64,000 nucleotides of DNA from Naegleria gruberi (lineage: Eukaryota). Where the stretch lies: NCBI GenBank assembly GCA_000004985.1, contig GG738912.1; one strand, written 5' to 3'. Position 1 is the stretch's first letter. Every line of letters starts with the position of its first letter. The notes beneath the pieces are model-generated. The model searched no databases. It worked only from the letters and a program-made list of their open reading frames with translations, and had not been told where the DNA came from. The position numbers were made by a program, and so were the translations under genes. Positions 1 through 12,700 of this stretch are shown piece by piece.

Positions 1-273
1 AGAATGGAATCTACTGGAGTACCCGGAACTATTCAAATATCACGATCAACCTATGAAAGAGTCTTTGATTTGGGTTATGAATTTGAGGAACGTGAAATTG
101 AAGTTAAAGGAAAGGGGTCTGTAAAGACCTACTTGATGAAAAAGACGCATTTGCAAGAGCTCAACGTTTCACACCTTCTCACAACTCAACAATCTCTCAG
201 AAATGTTGTCACCTCACAACAGAGCTTGTTTGGAATATCTGCTGCTTTGAGAAGAGATGATGATTTAAAGTAA
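1..273 (+). CDS. 3'-terminal fragment of a class III adenylyl/guanylyl cyclase catalytic domain (gene continues upstream of the window)
   Basis: The frame is open from nt 1. The translation ...RMESTGVPGTIQISRSTYERVFDLGYEFEEREIEVKGKGSVKTYLM matches the conserved C-terminal cyclase-homology motif (..RMESTG.PG.I..S..TY..L...F.FE.RG.IEVKGKG.M.TYFL). Stop TAA at 271-273. Confidence 0.55.
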   Translation, partial: RMESTGVPGTIQISRSTYERVFDLGYEFEEREIEVKGKGSVKTYLMKKTHLQELNVSHLLTTQQSLRNVVTSQQSLFGISAALRRDDDLK

Positions 274-527
274 CCTAAATACATTACAATAAATTTAACA
301 AATGATGAACAATTAATGTTAGGAACAAATTTATTGTGATATTATTAAAACCTACTGTTGAGGATGATTAGTGAAAATTTTGACTTTTCCAAGAATTAAA
401 TTACTAAATATTGATTTCAGCAAATGGCTTTCACACTGCAAAACCATTCTGACCCACCAAAATGGGTAATTCGCAGAATTTTTTTGCGTAAATTAGTTTA
501 ATTATTTTCTAATAGATTTTGATTTTA

Positions 528-3500
528 TTAAACAGTCGATTTCAATTCATAATTTTGCGGAGCAGCATGTTCTTTACCCTTCTTTCTTCTGAGGACACAG
601 ACAATCAATCCAACAACAGCTACGATAATAAGAAGAACTGGAATAATTAACAAGATTAAGGCGATATAGTCCAAATTTGGAGTAGCTGGTGCAATTGGAG
701 TTGGGTTTTGAGTAGTGGTACTTGTTTCTGGTTGAACATCAGGAGTAGTAGATGAAGATATTCCAATAACATAGGAACCAGTTGAGTTAATAGAAACTAC
801 ATAAGAATCTGGGTTTGTACCAAGAATTGAGCAGGATGATGATTCGGTAATGGCTCCATTGACAACCATGTTACACTTTGGTTCTTGAAGAGCTCTGACA
901 CTTGAATTTGACTTTTCAATGGTCAATTGAGCAATTGATTTGCTGTATTGAATCAAGACATTGCTGTTATCAGTACTTGAAACCACAAAGTCAAAGATCT
1001 TTGAAGTGGACTTGAATGTAGTATTGCTATTTTCATAAACCTTCATTGAGATTTTAACACTGTCCAAGGAAGAAACTTGTGGAATTTCACTAAAAACTGA
1101 TGAGAGATTGAATGAAGTGATACCATTTTCAGCAACGCTTTCGAATAAACCATTCAATGAAGCAATATTTACCAATCTTACATATGAAAGTGATTTAATA
1201 CCAGATCCTCTAACAGCAGGCATATCAGGAACAACATTCTTCAACTTGATATTCATCAAGTTATTCTTAACTTGGTCAATCTTGTTCAAATCTTCAATTG
1301 TAAAGCTAGAAGCCATTAAACTTCTCTTTCCTCCCAAGCTAGTACTGACATAGCTTTGAATGGTTGATGCAGAATCAGTGGATGATTTAATTTCTTCATC
1401 AGACAATGAAATTGAACTTGATGATGAAGCTCCATTTGTTGCAGATTGGAATTTTTCAATAATCATTCTAATAGTTTCATCTGGTAAGTTGTCAACACAG
1501 GAACTAATTGATGAAATGACTGACAAGGTTGAAGATGTTGAAGTAGAGGTTTGACTACTCAACTTTTCTTCAGTTGCCTTTTGTTCAAAGAATGAAAGAA
1601 CAATTTGCTTACCAACTTCAGCCAATAGTTTCTTTTGTTCTGGATCATCTGTTTTAACAGATTGAATAACACTCAAGGCAGAGGAAACTGAAGATGTTGT
1701 CATTGTTCCACTTGAAGAACTTGTTAAAGCTGTAATGGCAGTTGAGGCATCCTTTGGCATACTTACTGAAACAGTTGTGGTTGTTTCAGATGAAGCACCC
1801 TTAGAATCAAAGACAACAACCTTAATTTCCAACTCACCAGCAGGGAGTGAGGTACCAAATGATCTAGTTTCAGATTTTTCTTTCAATAGTCTCCAATTAG
1901 TGTCTGTACTTGTCTTGGAGTAGAATGCAAATGATAGTGGAAGTTGTGGATCAGACCAACCATTACCACATGAAATCTTAAATTCATCAGATAGGGCAAT
2001 ACCACTCTTTGGAGATACTTCAAGAGTACCCACAGTTGGAGGAGAGTTAACAGTGAATGACAATGAAGCTTCACCACTCTTTTGACCATCAACAACCTTA
2101 ATAGTTAGGGTATAGGAAGCACCTGGTGCCAATAATGATTTTGGAATGACAATGTATTGCTTTGAAATGTCAACTGAAGAATCAAAAGTAAAATCACTTG
2201 AAGACCAAGTAAATAATCTGGCACTCGTTAAAGTATCCAAAGAAGTTGTTTGTAAAATTAAATCACTTGATGGATCGACGGCAACAAGATCAGCATCTTT
2301 TGGAGCAGAAATTGAAACTCTCAAAACAGTTGACTTGGATTGATCAGAAACAGTTACCTTAACAGAAGCAGTTGATGTACGAGTTGACTTGGTATAAGTG
2401 GCAGTGAAAGAATAAACACCTGGGGTCATTGTCTTAACCAATTTGAGTGTTGATTGATCAATATTTTGTGCACCATCAACAAAACCTTCACAAGTTGAAG
2501 CAGTATCAATGTTTGAACATGAAATTGAGACTTCTCCACCAGCTTCAGTTGGATTACTTGGATCTTGTTTAGAAATTGTGAAACTAACTGGATCTTCAAA
2601 TGATTGAGTCATATCACGAATATTGAAAGCAACTTTCAATGGTAAAGCAGTTGCTGTAACCTTAAAAGTAACTGATGCTTCTGGTGAATTATCTTCCTTG
2701 GCAGTTAATTTAAAGACATATTCTCCTTCTTGAGTCAATTGAGTATATTCATTACTAAATACTAAAAGTTCATTCTTTTGTTTGAGAATTAAAGGACTTC
2801 CACTTTCCAATGAGTAGGTATAAACCAAGTTACCACTTCCCTTATAACATGATGGGAAAGTTACAATTGGTGAAATAATATATGGACTTCCAATAACCAT
2901 TGAACTTTCCAAACCATTCTTAATTGAAATAGTTGGAGGAGTAGCAGCAATAACACTAAATGTAACAGAGGCAACTGATTCCTTGAGAGAAAATGAACTC
3001 TTAACAGTCACTTGAACGACATAGGTTCCAACATCCAAATCAGATGCTGAAAATTTAACACCAGGAGTTGACAGTTTTGAAATGATTGAATCTAAAACTT
3101 CAGTACTTGAAGGAGCCAAAGTTGTTGTCCATGAATAAATCAAAGATCTACGATCCAAACTTGAAGAACCAGATGCATCCAAATAAATAGAACCACATGC
3201 CTTTGAAATAGTGGACTTGTCAGCAATCAAAACAGCAACTGGATCAACAGCCTTATAGCTCATTTGTGCTACAGTAACATAGGTGGTCAATTCACTATCA
3301 AAATATTTCTTGACATTCAAAGTTCCACCAATGGTAATTGATGAAGAGATACCCAAGGTAATAGTCAATAAACTCTTTTCACCATTCAATGAGCAAACAG
3401 GATTAGTTCCCAAAACTTGTGAATTTGTAATCAATGAAGAACAGTCAATTCTCTTTCTCAAACTACTCATAACAGTAGCAGTGATGGAATCACCATTTTC

Positions 3501-3735
3501 AGAGAAACCAAATGAACTAGTATCAATACTAAAATCACACTTTTCACCAAACCAACCAGATTTACAAGTTTGACAATTGGCACCTTCTGCATTACCTGAA
3601 CATATGCATGATCCATCATTTGAACAAGTTCCCTTTCTATTACAAGTAGTTTCGGCAGAACATTGATATTGACATTGATCACCAACATAGCCATCAATAC
3701 AACGTTCACAGAATGGACCAGTAAACTTATCAGAA
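528..3735 (-). CDS. Giant gene, 3' portion: laminin-type EGF-like modules, PKD/REJ-like repeats, Ser/Thr-rich stalk, single TM helix, short cytoplasmic tail ending -KSTV
   Basis: The frame is open from the gap edge (…SDKFTGPFCERCIDGYVGDQCQYQCS…) through the 528..3470 ORF. Motifs such as GSIYLDASGSSSLDRRSLIYSWTT resemble PKD/REJ domains (LDAS.S.D......Y.W). The hydrophobic segment IALILLIIPVLLIIVAVVGLIVCVL is followed by RRKKGKEHAAPQNYELKSTV and then the stop. Confidence 0.65.
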
Positions 3736-6700
3736 NNNNNNNNNNNNNNNNNNNNNNNNNNNNNNNNNNNNNNNNNNNNNNNNNNTCTAATATCCTTATC
3801 AATGTAATTTCAAACACTCTTACACAATCTAGTTTCAGGAGTTGATGGAGAGTTACAAGATTGAATGACAGAATAGCAAGCAAGTCTTGCATTTGACTCT
3901 TCACATGTAGAATTACAAACTGTACCTTGTCCTTGAATCTTTACAATATTTGAATCATAGAGAGATTTAGCAGACTTGTCAAGTTGACTCATGGCATTAG
4001 TAATCAATTGTCTAGCATCAGTTGCATTGGCAGCTCCAGATGAGTAATGAGTATTCAATACCTTAAAGTTTTGAAGATGTGTTTTACAGAATGAAAGTCC
4101 AGAAGGTGGAATAGGAACACATGAGGCAGCTGGTGTATAAATAGTACAATCATCTCCAGTAAATTCAGGTGGACATACTTTAACACAGTTTCCTTGAGCA
4201 TTCTTTACATATCCGGAAATACATGAACCACATGGATTTGTAGCGAGTTCAGTAACATACTTTTCTTGACATTTACAATAACCTTGATAACCAGTGGTGT
4301 CCTTGTAGACACATTGTCCATATTGACCACATCCATCAGCACAATCAGCTGGTAAACGAATACAATTACCATTTTCATTATTGAAACCAAATGGACATAC
4401 ACAAACACCTTTTTGTAAAATAAATCCAGTCTTACACGAGCTACACAAGTCTCCAACAAATAAATCGCTTGTACATTGACACTTGGCAATACCAGTTGAG
4501 TTGAGACAAACACCTCCATTCAAACAAGTAAGTTTACAAGCAACTTCTGGTTGACCAGGAGCAGTTTCACACAATGAACCAGAATAACCATTAATGCATG
4601 AACAAAATTCCTTATTGGAAGCATCAAATTTACACAATCCTCCATTCAAACATTGCTTTGAACAAATTTTCTTTTCACACAAATCACCTTCATAACCAGA
4701 ATTACAATTACATTTAGCAATACCAGTAGAGTTGGCACATTGACCACTGACACATTTCAAGGTGCAAGGATTTGGAATCTTCTTTTCACACAAATCACCT
4801 TCAAATCCTGAATTACAAGTACATTTAGATACACCATTGACATTGTCACATCGTCCGTAAACACATAGTAAATTACATGATTGTTTTTCACACAAATCGC
4901 CTTCAAAACCATTGTTACACATACATCTGGCTGTTCCTGTTGTGTTTGAACAAAGACCATTGACACATTTCAAGGTACATGGATTTGGAATCTTCTTTTC
5001 ACATAAATCACCTTCAAATCCTGTATTACAATTACATTTGGCAATACCAGTTGTATTTGAACATTGTCCACTTACACATTTCAATGTACATGGATTGGCT
5101 GATAGTTTTTCACACAAATCACCTTCGAATCCATAATTACAAACACACTTCATCACACCATTGACATTGGTGCATTGACCATTGACACACCTCAAAGTAC
5201 ATGGTGCAGTTGTTTGTTTTTCACATAGATCACCTTCATAACCAGTGTTACAAACACATTTAGCAATTCCAGTTGTGTTAGCACATTGACCATTGACACA
5301 TTTCAGTGTGCAAGGATTGGCTGATTGTTTTTCACATAAATCGCCTTCAAACCCTGGACTACAAATACACTTCATCACACCATTAACATTTGAACATTGT
5401 CCATTGACGCATTGTAAAACACATGGTGTGGTGGATTGTTTTTCACACAAATCACCTTCATAACCAGTATTACAATTACATTTGGCAATTCCAGTTGTGT
5501 TAGTACATTGGCCATTGACACATTTCAAGGTACAAGGATTTGGAATCTTCTTTTCACATAAATCACCTTCAAATCCTGAATTACAATTACATTTCTGAAC
5601 TCCATTAACATTTGAACATTGACCATTAACACATTGTAAAGAACAAGGGGCATTGGATTGCTTTTCACACAAATCACCCTCATAACCAGCATTACAAATA
5701 CACTTTGGTGTTGCACCAGAACCAACACATTGACCATAAACACATGCCTTGCCACATGGTGATCTTTCTGGTACAGAACAAGTCTTTCCAGAATAACCAG
5801 TATTACAATTACAATAAGCTGGATTTTGATAAGAATCAGCAGTTCTCATCATGACAGCTTCATCTCCAATTAAGACACTAGTGCCAGAGGTACAAGTACT
5901 GTTAGTTTGAATTTGACAGAATTGACCTGTTTTACCAGAAGTACAAACACAACTACTTGTTCCATAGCTGCATTAAAGTAACTGAAACCAACATTGGTAC
6001 AATAATTATCATAATTGACGCAAGTTTTAGCATTGTAACGAGCAGTAACAGCAATACAGACTGGATTAGATGCTGGACAATCAAGACTAGTGGAACATTG
6101 TTCTTGGCATAATCCACTTCTACATTCAGAGTTATAATAACCCATTCCCAAACAATCAGCTTTAGTTTCACATAATCTGGCAACACATTTCTTTTGGTTA
6201 TTACAATATGGGGTCTTTGTGGAAGCTATTCCTTGACAATCAGCATCAGTTGCACATTGTTCAACACATTTAGTGTTTGAGCATTTTGGTTTGTTTGGAT
6301 CTTTACAATCATTATTACTTGAGCATTCAGAATGACAAATCATTTGACTTGAATTTGTGGAAATTAAAGAAACAGAAAAACTTCTAGAGGATGCAACAAT
6401 ACAAGATGGATAATTTGGATTTGTACAATCAGAGTTTGAGGAACACTTTTGATATGAACATCCCTTATATCCAAGAAGTAAATCTTGGCAAACTTCATAT
6501 GCATTTCCACATTGAGAATTGTCAGTACATCCAGCTGAACACTTATTATTGATACAAATCTTTCCTGAAGAACAATGGGCTGAGGTGGTACATTCTGGTG
6601 CACACTTTTTAGCGACAACATCACATCTTGAATTCACTGGATCGTTACAAGTAATGGTTGGGGATACAAGATTGCATTCATAGAAACAAACAGTTTGATC

Positions 6701-9700
6701 TGAAGAATAAAAAGTTGAAGCACTCGAGCTCACTTTGCTATAAGGAATACAAGCACTATATGTTCCAAGATTTGCACATTCTGAGCTTGAAGAACACTTC
6801 TTATAGGCACAATCATATTGGTTAGAAGAGTCCTTATAACAAACTTTGTTAGTAGAGGCACACACATCCCTATCAGTAATTTGATCACAACTTGAGCAAG
6901 TTCCTGCATTACAGAACTTCTTATTACCATAACTAAAACAATCTGTATCACTTGCACATTGAGATGCGCAAGTTCCATATTTAGTATTACATACTGGATA
7001 TTTTGGATCTTTACAATTTGTATTGGATGTACATTCTGGAGAACAAACAGTTGCTGAAGTATTCAATGTCAATCCATTAATAATATATCCAAAAGTTGAT
7101 GCTGGTTTACAATATTTGAAGAGTAAACCCTTACAATCAGTATCAGCATTACAAAGTTTGTAATTACAAGATTTGCTTCCATCCAAATGAAGTGCACAAC
7201 CCTTAGTACCATCACAAAAACCATCACTTGTACATGGGGCACACTTGGTATTCACACAAAAGTTCTTTCCACATTGACTATTGGATGTACATTCTGGAGC
7301 ACAAACGTTTTTGGTACATTTGGATTTGAATGGATCTTTACATTGACTGTCAGATGTACATTCAATATCACATGTTCCCTTATTACAAATTGGATAGGAA
7401 GCTCCACAATCAGAGTTAGAGAAACAAGGTTTCAATTCACAATCACCAGTTGCATTACAATATGGTCTAAAAGCATCAGTACAAGAACTATTAGAGGTAC
7501 AGAATGGAACACATTCTTTCCAAGAAGTACATTTGTGTTTGTTATAGGTTGAACTACAATCAGCACTTGTTGAACATTCATTCAATTTGACACGACACTT
7601 GTTAGTGGAAGTATCACAAGCACTTGTACTATTACAATGACTATCAAGTGTACATTCTGGTGAACAAACACCTGATCTACATCTTGGTTTGGCAGCAGTT
7701 GAACAATCGCTATCGATATCACATTCAGGTTTACAATAGCCAGATCTACAATATGAGTTAGGACTAGTAGATCCACAATCCATTGCAGAGGTACATGCCT
7801 TATATGAACAATCACCAGTGGTGGTATTACAAGTTGGGAAAGCATAATTCGTGTTGCAGTCAAAATTGGTAGCACAATTGGCAACACACTTATTTCCTGA
7901 ACATTTGTGTCTATTCGCAGTACCACTAAAAACTCCAAGTTAAAAATGAAATATTTCACAAACTTACCTGCAATCAGAATTTTCATTACATTCAAAGGTA
8001 CAAATCTTTTCACTTTGAGAGAGTATACTTTCATCATAAATATTGAATTTGCTTGCTGGGAAACATCCTCTACCTGAAGGACATTCACTAGTGGATGAAC
8101 ATTTCTGATATGTACACAACGTATATCCAGATGGAGTAATACCACAATAGTCCTTATTTGGTAATCCACCTGTACAGTCTGCTGTTGTTTTACAGTTGGC
8201 ACATGTTCCTCCAATGCATTTAGAATAACGGAAATTAATATTAGTTATGCAATCAGAATCTTGTGAACATGGACTAGATGCAACACATTTAGCTCCAAGA
8301 TTGGTATTATTCTTTACACATAATTGCTTTTCAACTGATTTACAGTCATCACCCATGCATTCCTGTTACAATTTTGTTACAATCAAAAATGTTGAAAAGA
8401 TTCTTAAAACTTACACCATAGCAATGAGTTCCAATGCATGAACTGAACCAAGGATTAGTACAAGTAACATTGGCATCACAATAATTGGTACATCTTCCAT
8501 CAACACAAGCTGTTTTATCGTCATCTCTTCCAGAACATTGACTGTGTGTTTCACATTCTTTTTACAAATTTAGAATAAAAAATCAAAAAGAAAACATACC
8601 TGATTTACACAAACCATCCGAACAACGTGTAAAAGCTCCCCAAGTACAATCAGCTGCAGAAGAACATGTTTTAAGTGCACAATCATTAGAGGTGGCGTTA
8701 CAAATTGGATGACTTCCAATAGGACAATCAGAATCTGATTGACAATTTTGAACACATTTTCTACCTGCACATTTGTGCTTGTTTAAAGTTCCACTATATA
8801 TATGATTTTCAGGAAAATATTCCTATAACACTGAACTTACCTGCAATCAGCATCAGTTTCACAATTATAATCCAAGCAAACTCTTGTTTCTGGATCTTCA
8901 AAATCATTAATACTAAAGTCTGTTGCCTTCCAACATTTCTTCTCTCCTGGACAATCACTAGATGATGAGCATCTTTGATAGGTACAAGCAGTGATACCAT
9001 CATCAGTCAATCCACAATAATACTTGTCATTATTTGGACAATCTGAATTTTGTAAACAGTAAGCACATGTACTATTCATACACTTTGAATAAATCCAGTG
9101 ATAATCATTTGATGAACCGCATTGGGAATCTGATGAACATGCAGAACCTAAAAAAGTAATAAATTATTAGTATTTTAATATAAAAAAACATACCTGGAAC
9201 ACATAAATTACCACCATTAGTACTATTATGATAACATTTTGGCTTTTGAAGTGATTTACAATCATTTCCAGTTGAGCAAGACTATTTTCAGTAATTAATA
9301 TAAATGTAATAGTTATTCAAAACTTACAGGGAAACAATAATTACTCAAACATTTACCGAACCAAGGATCAGTACATGGTTGATCATCACTACAATAGTTA
9401 GTACACTTGTTATCCATACAGACATGTTTACCATCTGTCTTATCTTTACAATCAGCATTGGATGTACATTCTATTACAATGATTAAGTATTACTGAAAAT
9501 TACAAAATGTTAAACTTACCATAAGAACAAACTGAATTAACACACAATGAATTTCTATTTCCAAGAGGTGAACATTCATCATTGGATGTACATGATTGAG
9601 CAACACAAATACCACCATCAGTTGTCTTTGCATTTGCTGGTCTTTGACATTTACCTTTTCCTGGCATGGAACATTCCAAATCCTTGGTACATTCTAAAAA

Positions 9701-12700
9701 GGCATTAAATTATAAACATTCTACAAGTTAAAACTTACCATGACGACACATTCCATTCACACAATGAGGGAAATAACCTTCTCCATAAGATTTACAACTC
9801 TCATCACTTGTACATGTTTGTGTAATACATTTAAATTTAGAAGCATCACACCTTTGAGTACCTGGTCTTCCACTACAATGAAAATCAGTAGAACATTCTC
9901 CATTACATCTATTATTATCACACATTGGACTCCAATTGAATCCCAAACAACCATAATCACCAAGACATACTTTTTCTTTACAAGAATAATTTGATAAATC
10001 ACAAGATGGTCTAGTTGGGGAGGTACAATTGGTGTCAGCAATACATTCCTTACCACAATTCATCAGGCCAGTTAGAGGACTTGTCATACATGCACCGAAT
10101 TTTGAAGGACAATCATCATTGGATTCACAAATATCATTCAAGTTATAAGTTGCACATTCATATCCATTCTTGGCCATGCAAACATTAAATGTTCCATAAC
10201 AATCATTATCAACAAGACAAGCTGTTGCACATTTTCCAGATTTACAATACTTATTGGCTCCATCTTGAGGACAATCACTATCTTGACTACATGTTCTTTC
10301 AACACAGACATTATTTTCACAAATTGGTTTGCCAGGAGTATTAGAACAATGAGAATCAGTTTCACATTCAATGGCACAAACTTTAGAATTTCCATACATG
10401 GTAGAATAGGGAGTTACTCTACAGCCCTTTGTGGAAGCAGGACAATCTTTACCATATTTACACATAGTAGGAACACACATATTCAATGTAGTATTACAAG
10501 TTGGGGTATCCAAATATGAACTACAATCAGATGAGGAAGCACAAGGTGGATACATGGCCTTACATTGAGAATTAATACAATACTTATTGACACCATTTTG
10601 TGGACAATCCTTATCAGCTGAGCATGATTTAGCAACACAAGTATTTGAAGAACAAGTTGGTTTTCCATTAACATTCTTACAATTGGCATCTTCTGTACAT
10701 TCCACCTTTGAACAATAACTTGTTCCATTCAATGGCAAGAATGAACAATATTTGTAAGAAGTAGAGCTGCATTCAGATGAAACGATGCATGGCTTTGGTA
10801 CACATGCTCCATTTTTGTTACAATATGGTTTACCAGGTACTGATTCACATTCAGAATCAACACTACATTCAACATTATCACAAGTTGATCTAACACAATA
10901 TGGATAAACAGGATTTGTACAGTTAGAAGAGGTAGTACATGGTGTCTTTTCACATCTACTTCCCTTAGCTCCGTAATCAACACAAATTGGGAATCTAGCA
11001 GAAGTACAATCAGCATTTGAAGAACATGTCTTTTTACAAGTTCTATAACTTGTTGAGGAACTATCAGTGTCACATTTTCCAAATCTATATTCATTAGTAC
11101 AATCACTATCTGAAGCACATTCAAAGGCACAAACACCACTAGATCCACAGAAATACATACCATTGGTAGTACAAGTAGATACTGCATATGTATTGGCAGT
11201 AGAACAAGATACTGGTGAACAATAAGAAACTCCAGAAACTGATTGACAAAGCTTGTTGGCAGAGAAACCAGAACATGAACCACAAGGTCTCTTACAAGTT
11301 AATGAATTGGTACGAACCATTCCAGGTTTACAGGCACAATTATCTTTAGATTCACACCAACCAGCATCAACAGATCCACAAACTTCAGGATTATCTGATT
11401 TCATTGATCCACAAGTGGTAATATTACAACTGGATCCAGTGAAAGAGTTTGTACATGTACAAGTATCAGGTTTAGAACAAGTACCATGGCCACTACAAAC
11501 AAGTGAATTTGAAGCAGGGATACCAAAACAAGAAATTGCTTGACATTGACTTCCAGAATAACCACTTTGACATTTGCATGTATCCTTAGCGATACATTTA
11601 CCATGTCCACCACAAACAGATGTATCTAAATTGGAAGATCCAAAACAAGTTGTTTGTTCACAATTACTTCCATTGAAACCAGAATTACAGGTACAGTTAT
11701 CAAAACCAGAACAAACACCATTTCCACTACAAACTGTAGAATTGGTATTTGGAATTCCATTACAAGTTGTAAATTGACATTGATTTCCATTATGATTAGG
11801 AGTACATGAACATTTATCTAATGAATCACATGTACCATGTCCACTACAAACACTTGAATCATTTGCTACCTTATCAAAACACTTGAGTTGACAATCAGGA
11901 CAAATAACACCCTCACAATCAGCACCATTCAAACCAGTTCTACATTTACAAATACCACTTCCGACTTTTTTGGACTTGTCATAAATGAATGTACATTGAC
12001 CTCTTCCATTACAAACATCCAAAGCAGAAGAATACTTTCCATTACATTGAATTTCACATTTGTGATCAAAATCAATTCCAGGAATAGTACTAATGCAACT
12101 CTTTGGAGTGAGAATTTTGATCGAATTTGAGGATGAATGGACATACATGATAGATCCATCATCTAACAATACCATATCAGAGGCACCAGCCATCAAAGAT
12201 TTAACAGAACTATCAGTACTAAGATAACCCGTATCTTTAACAATTGTATAGAATGTAGTGAATGTCGGATCTGTAACAAATACTTGTTCTCTATCAGAAA
12301 CATAAACGATTGAACCTGCTGAAGCAAAAGTGAATGCTGGATAAATTTCACCAGCCCAAACGAGATCCAAAGTGTAAATTGAAATAACATTCTTCTTGAA
12401 AACATAGACATAGTCACCAGCAACAGCCACATTCAAAACAAACCTTGCACCAACATTACTCAAATCTCCAAGATAGTTACAACTTTTACCTTGATTGACA
12501 GCACTATGTTTACAAAGATATTCCTTATAGGAAGCAACTTGTATAGCATACATACTTTGTGTTTTTGAGCTGAAACCACCAAATGTCAATTCTCCCCAAA
12601 AACATGAAGAACCACAAGAGCTAGCGCTAGAACCATCTGAGCCAGCAGAAGAGGCACCACCAAATGAAATGACAACATTACCATTCTGAGCAATTTTCAA

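Noticed and set aside
1108-1353. Numerous 60-180-aa ORFs on the strand opposite the giant gene and IQ gene (e.g. 1108..1353, 4205..4519, 4912..5136, 10729..11283, 47014..47325)
   Set aside because: They lie antisense to long, well-supported coding sequence. They are low-complexity or repeat-driven (the 4912..5136 product repeats because the sense strand encodes tandem EGF repeats). They have no start or stop context of their own.
3467-3904. 145-aa ORF spanning the N gap (translation full of X)
   Set aside because: Artifact of translating through Ns. It is V/L-rich nonsense. The genuine coding frames on the same strand are the two flanking giant-gene frames.
7783-7783. Met at 7783 (MDCGSTS...) as a gene start
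   Set aside because: No signal peptide. The frame is open upstream for another 140 nt to a YAG acceptor, and splices in frame to the preceding mini-exon (...CNENSDC S|GTANRHKC...). It is an internal Met of the giant gene. The same logic applies to Met 5852 and Met 3470.
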